Notes under the pieces: generated by a model
Told to the model about the DNA's origin: nothing
What the model saw: only the letters and a program-made list of their open reading frames with translations
Database searches by the model: none
Shown: one piece after another, positions 60,223 to 64,000 of the stretch
How the letters are laid out: each line of letters opens with the position of its first letter
Position numbering within the stretch: the stretch's first letter is position 1
Assembly: GCA_039180185.1 (NCBI GenBank)
Contig: JBCDDS010000004.1
Coordinates: 3,309-67,308, forward strand
Reading direction: 5' to 3'
Length of the DNA stretch: 64,000 bases
DNA from: Pseudomonadota bacterium
Lineage (GTDB): Bacteria; Pseudomonadota; Alphaproteobacteria; Rhodobacterales; Rhodobacteraceae
Program-made: the position numbers and the translations under genes

Positions 60223-60696
60223 ATGGCGGAGATCCCAATCCGCGCATTTTTGGTCTCTCTGGTCGCTTTGAGAGAAACAGCAGATGGAGTCCAGGTATTG
60301 CTGCTGCGCCGCACCCAAAGCCTTGCCGGCGAATGGTGCCAAGTCGCTGGAAGCATAGAGAAAGGTGAGACGGCTTGGTGGGCCGCTTTGAGGGAGTTGA
60401 AAGAAGAAACTCGGCTTACGCCGACTAAGTTTTACTCAGCCGATATCTGTGAGCAGTTTTATGAGGCGCATCGCAACGCTATTACGATTGCACCAGTATT
60501 TGTGGCATACGTGGAGCAGGGCGAGGTGGTCCTAAATGAAGAGCATAGCGAGTTTCGCTGGGTTTCGTTTGAACTGGCACGTGAAATGGTGCCTTTCCCC
60601 GGTCAAAGGCGGATTTTATCGCACATTGAAGCTTATTTCGTTCTGTCAGAGCCGTCAAAATGGTTGGAGATCGATTTTTCAAGTTGGTCCAGTTAA
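60223..60696 (+). CDS. NUDIX hydrolase
   Basis: GSIEKGETAWWAALRELKEET Nudix box; LNEEHSEFRW. Confidence 0.9.
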   Translation: MAEIPIRAFLVSLVALRETADGVQVLLLRRTQSLAGEWCQVAGSIEKGETAWWAALRELKEETRLTPTKFYSADICEQFYEAHRNAITIAPVFVAYVEQGEVVLNEEHSEFRWVSFELAREMVPFPGQRRILSHIEAYFVLSEPSKWLEIDFSSWSS

Positions 60697-60812
60697 GCTT
60701 TCAAAGAACCTTTCAAGTCTGTTGCCAGACGGAAACTCTGCACAAAAACTGCTAAAAATCCGCCCTGTAATTCCCCGAACGCCCACCCAATGTGACATAC
60801 TCGGCGCGAGGA

Positions 60813-62306
60813 ATGATGATGAGCAAGTTTTCCAGACGAGCCCTGTTACTTGGCGGCGGTGCGGTCCTTGGCGGTATCACCGTGCACCGTTTCAGTGCCG
60901 ATCTTCCAAGCTATGATGGTGTGGATTGGATCAAGCCAAGCGGCGCGGAGGGTATGCTCAACGATGCGAGTGGCCTTAGCGAAACGTCGGTGCATAAACA
61001 CATCATTCTAGAAAATCAGAGAGATACAGCGCTTGTCGATGCTTTGCGAGAGGAGATCAGGGCGGCCAAGAGCGATGGGCGCCCGATCAACATCGGCGCT
61101 GCCCGGCATTCGATGGGCGGGCAAGCGATCCCACGTGACGGGCATGCGATTACCTATCAGGGCGGATTTGTTGAACCGGATACTGCGGCTGCAACATACC
61201 GAACACAAGCAGGGACGCGCTGGTCAGAGGTGATCACGGCGCTTGATCCAATTGGGTTTGGGCCGAAGGTTATGCAGTCGAACCACGATTTTGGAGTTGC
61301 GGCGACCTTTTGCGTCAACGCCCATGGTTGGCCTGTGAAAGAAGGGCCAATGGGCGCGGGCGTGCAAAGCTTCAAAATGGTTTTACCGGATGGCGAGCTG
61401 GTGAGTTGCTCGCGCACTGAAAACACTGACCTTTTTGGGCAGACAATGGGGGGCTATGGTCTGACAGGTGCGATCACCGAGATGGTGGTCGATATGCTGC
61501 CAAATCAGCGGCTGCAGCCCACCTTTGAAGCTTTGGACGCCAAGGAATTTGGTGTGCGCTTCCCAGAGGCGTTGGATGACCCGCAGATCAACATGGCCTA
61601 CGGTCGGCTGAACGTAGAGCGCGATGCGTTCTTCGAAAAGGCTTTGATGATCACTTATCGCCCAGCGCAGGATCAAGACGATCTGCCACCCGCCAGCGGA
61701 TCAGGCACGATGGCCCATATCGCCAGCCGAATCTATCGTTGGCAGCTTGGCAACGAGCCAATGAAATCGCTGCGCTGGTGGTTTGAGACTGGGCTCGGAC
61801 CAGCGCTTGGCGACGGGCCGGTAACGCGCAACTCTCTCATCAACGAACCGGTGGTCACTCTTGATGACCGTGACCCGGATCGCACCGATATCTTGCACGA
61901 GTACTTCGTCGCGCCGGATCGTTTCGCTGATTTTATTGATGTATGTCGTGCGGTCATCCCCGGCTCTTTTCAGGAGTTTCTGAACGTCACATTGCGCTTC
62001 ATTGATACAGATCGGGACAGTTGGCTGGCCTATGCCAAGGTGCCGCGCATCGCGGCAGTCATGTCGTTTAGTCAGGAAATGACGGCGCGCGCTGAAGCGG
62101 ACATGGCACGAATGACGCGTGCGCTGATCGACGGCGTGACGCAAATTGGCGGGACATACTACTTGCCATATCGTCCGCACGCGACCGTGGCACAATTGGC
62201 AAGAGCGTACCCGAGAGCCGCCGACTTTGCCGCTGCAAAACGCGCTCTTGACCCAGATTTAACCTTTCGCAACAACCTTTGGGATACCTACTTGAGCAAG
62301 CTATGA
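60813..62306 (+). CDS. Tat-exported FAD-binding oxidoreductase (VAO/PCMH family)
   Basis: SRRALLLGG Tat motif; ARHSMGGQ FAD-linking His motif; VNAHG; GGYGL.G; GGTYYLPY. Confidence 0.85.
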   Translation: MMMSKFSRRALLLGGGAVLGGITVHRFSADLPSYDGVDWIKPSGAEGMLNDASGLSETSVHKHIILENQRDTALVDALREEIRAAKSDGRPINIGAARHSMGGQAIPRDGHAITYQGGFVEPDTAAATYRTQAGTRWSEVITALDPIGFGPKVMQSNHDFGVAATFCVNAHGWPVKEGPMGAGVQSFKMVLPDGELVSCSRTENTDLFGQTMGGYGLTGAITEMVVDMLPNQRLQPTFEALDAKEFGVRFPEALDDPQINMAYGRLNVERDAFFEKALMITYRPAQDQDDLPPASGSGTMAHIASRIYRWQLGNEPMKSLRWWFETGLGPALGDGPVTRNSLINEPVVTLDDRDPDRTDILHEYFVAPDRFADFIDVCRAVIPGSFQEFLNVTLRFIDTDRDSWLAYAKVPRIAAVMSFSQEMTARAEADMARMTRALIDGVTQIGGTYYLPYRPHATVAQLARAYPRAADFAAAKRALDPDLTFRNNLWDTYLSKL

Positions 62307-62716
62307 GTATTCTTCGTAAAATCGGTCTTTTCTACACTGTGTCGCTGCTCATCGCGGCATCACTGAACTACGTACCCGGTCTGACGGACGAAAACGGGCT
62401 GGCCTTTGGGATTTTCGCGCTCGATCCGTTCGATGACGCTTTGCATTTGGTCTCTGCTCTCTGGGCCTTGTCAGCAGCAATGATCAGCCACAGGGCAGCA
62501 AAGATTTTCCTGGTGATATTTGGCGCGCTTTATCTCGCTGACGGCGGGCTTGGCATCTTTACGGCATACGGTTTTCTTGATTTTGGCATTTTCACAAACC
62601 CGTCTGAGGGCTTCTCTCTCGGCCTTCCGCGTATCTTGGCCAACCTCCCGCACATTGCACTTGGAGGCTTTGCGCTTTTTGCTGGGTTGAAATTGGACAA
62701 GGAAGAGACGGTATGA
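62303..62716 (+). CDS. Small 4-TM membrane protein (DUF4383-like)
   Basis: GIFALD..DD.LHL, hydrophobic helices; ATGA overlap with the oxidase stop. Confidence 0.7.
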   Translation: MSILRKIGLFYTVSLLIAASLNYVPGLTDENGLAFGIFALDPFDDALHLVSALWALSAAMISHRAAKIFLVIFGALYLADGGLGIFTAYGFLDFGIFTNPSEGFSLGLPRILANLPHIALGGFALFAGLKLDKEETV

Positions 62717-63774
62717 TCCGTTTTCTGTTCAAATGGATAAAGCGACTGGTGCTTTTACTGTCAGTCTTGGCCATAGGTATTGGCGGGCTGGTGGGTTACA
62801 ATGAGGTTGCCTGTATTCCAAAACCACGTGCGAACGAATACGCAGCCATTCTGCCGCCCGAGCATCATCGCGCAGAGTCGCGCACTCTAATGACCTATCC
62901 AGAATGGCACATTGTGCACGCCTACGACGATTATGCGAAGGTAATCTCAGAGGCTGATCCTCACCAATTCAGTTATCTGGGCGCAATCCGTGGTTTCTGG
63001 TCCTCGCTTTGTGCGCTGTCTTTTGCCTCGGCGGATCACGGCGGATTTAATGCAGAAAGCAAGCAGACGATTTATGTGATTGGGGCAAGCTTCACAGCGG
63101 AACTGCTGTTCAAGGCTGCATATGAAGAAACGATTGGGCGGGTTATGACCATGGCGCGTGGAAATGACCGTACGCCGCTTGATGATCTTTCCGCTCAACA
63201 GGCTACGAATTACGCATTATTCCTACAACAGACCCCGTGGTACAAATGGGATTTTGCCGCGGATGCGGCAGCGCTTTCAGACGCTGCCACAGAGGCTCCG
63301 CGCGATATGGAGCGCCGGATTGCACTGGGTCTCGAATACGCAGCCAAACAAACCTATGCCGGTGTGATTGCAGATGCTGTTGCCGATATTGGCGCAGACG
63401 AGCTGACCTTGCGGATGATTGTTCAGGGTATTGATCAAGACGCGCTCGAAGCTCTTGAGGATATTTCGGTTATCGGCCCGCAAGGCGAGGCGTTTGAAAT
63501 TGAAACTCCGCGTTACCGTGCGTTGACCGAGCTCTTGAGATACCTGGCAAGCGCGGGGGCGGATTTCGTCGAAATTGCCGGCAACGACGACATACTCTTT
63601 ACAGCCACTTCCGAGGCGGAGGATGTAGAAGGCGCGTTACACTCTTTCGCGCGTCAGGGATACGGCGACACACGACACCTTATTCTGATCAAAGTGACCG
63701 AATTGGCAGCGCGCCTTCGAGCCATGGAAGCCGAGGAGGGTGGCCTACGGTTGGAACATATCCATGACTATTAG
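62713..63774 (+). CDS. Hypothetical membrane-anchored protein
   Basis: 353 aa, N-terminal TM, TYPEW.IV..Y motif; overlaps both neighbours. Confidence 0.75.
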   Translation: MIRFLFKWIKRLVLLLSVLAIGIGGLVGYNEVACIPKPRANEYAAILPPEHHRAESRTLMTYPEWHIVHAYDDYAKVISEADPHQFSYLGAIRGFWSSLCALSFASADHGGFNAESKQTIYVIGASFTAELLFKAAYEETIGRVMTMARGNDRTPLDDLSAQQATNYALFLQQTPWYKWDFAADAAALSDAATEAPRDMERRIALGLEYAAKQTYAGVIADAVADIGADELTLRMIVQGIDQDALEALEDISVIGPQGEAFEIETPRYRALTELLRYLASAGADFVEIAGNDDILFTATSEAEDVEGALHSFARQGYGDTRHLILIKVTELAARLRAMEAEEGGLRLEHIHDY

Positions 63775-64000
63775 ACGCTGGTTCCTTGCGCTGATCTGTG
63801 TGTTTTTCGGATGGATTGGAACACTGCTGACCGTAATGTTGGTGACCGATGCTGCACCGGGGGCGATCGTATTGTTCCCCGCTGAACGATTTGTTGCGGA
63901 CTTGCCGGCTGGCGCGGCAGTCGTTGGTGGTGGAACGGCATGGATCGCGGTTCGATCAAATTTGCCGGATTTGGGTGCAACTCTCTATCGCGCTGGTGGC
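63764..64000 (+). CDS. Hypothetical small membrane protein (partial, runs off window end)
   Basis: Manual translation MTIRRWFLALICVFFGWIGTLLTVMLVTDAAPGAIVLFP..., open to the window end and overlapping the previous stop. Confidence 0.7.
   Translation, partial: MTIRRWFLALICVFFGWIGTLLTVMLVTDAAPGAIVLFPAERFVADLPAGAAVVGGGTAWIAVRSNLPDLGATLYRAGG

Overview
A 64-kb, moderately GC-rich chromosomal window that looks like a Rhodobacteraceae (roseobacter-type) alphaproteobacterium, judged from gene order, a GTTC-N7-GTTC LexA box, VPLPA-CTERM proteins and an rfbCBDA operon next to a DUF2793 gene. Core genes (bcp, AsmA/YhdP-like, queA, lpdA, uvrA, valine catabolism, rfb, ribA, OmpR-type regulator, xth) flank an accessory block of about 19.5-47 kb. 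That block holds an AraC regulator, an ECF sigma/anti-sigma pair, redox enzymes, a complete F420 operon (cofG-cofH-cofD-cofC-cofE-npdG-LLM), lldD-dld, an orphan ABC ATPase, and an enlarged GltB followed by a CysJ-like diflavin reductase rather than gltD. Three leads stand out. (1) A recurring 17-bp pseudo-palindrome (consensus about GTGKRAAAWTTTCACAC) sits both in the fasciclin/DUF6502-DUF5666 divergent promoter and, in tandem, upstream of a VPLPA-CTERM gene 45 kb away, suggesting an undescribed DUF6502 surface-protein regulon. (2) A near-perfect RutR box lies beside the F420 operon promoter, pointing to F420-dependent pyrimidine reduction. (3) The glutamate synthase may be driven by a diflavin reductase. 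No CRISPR array, rRNA, tRNA or transposase was seen. All family assignments come from motif recognition by eye; no database searches were run.
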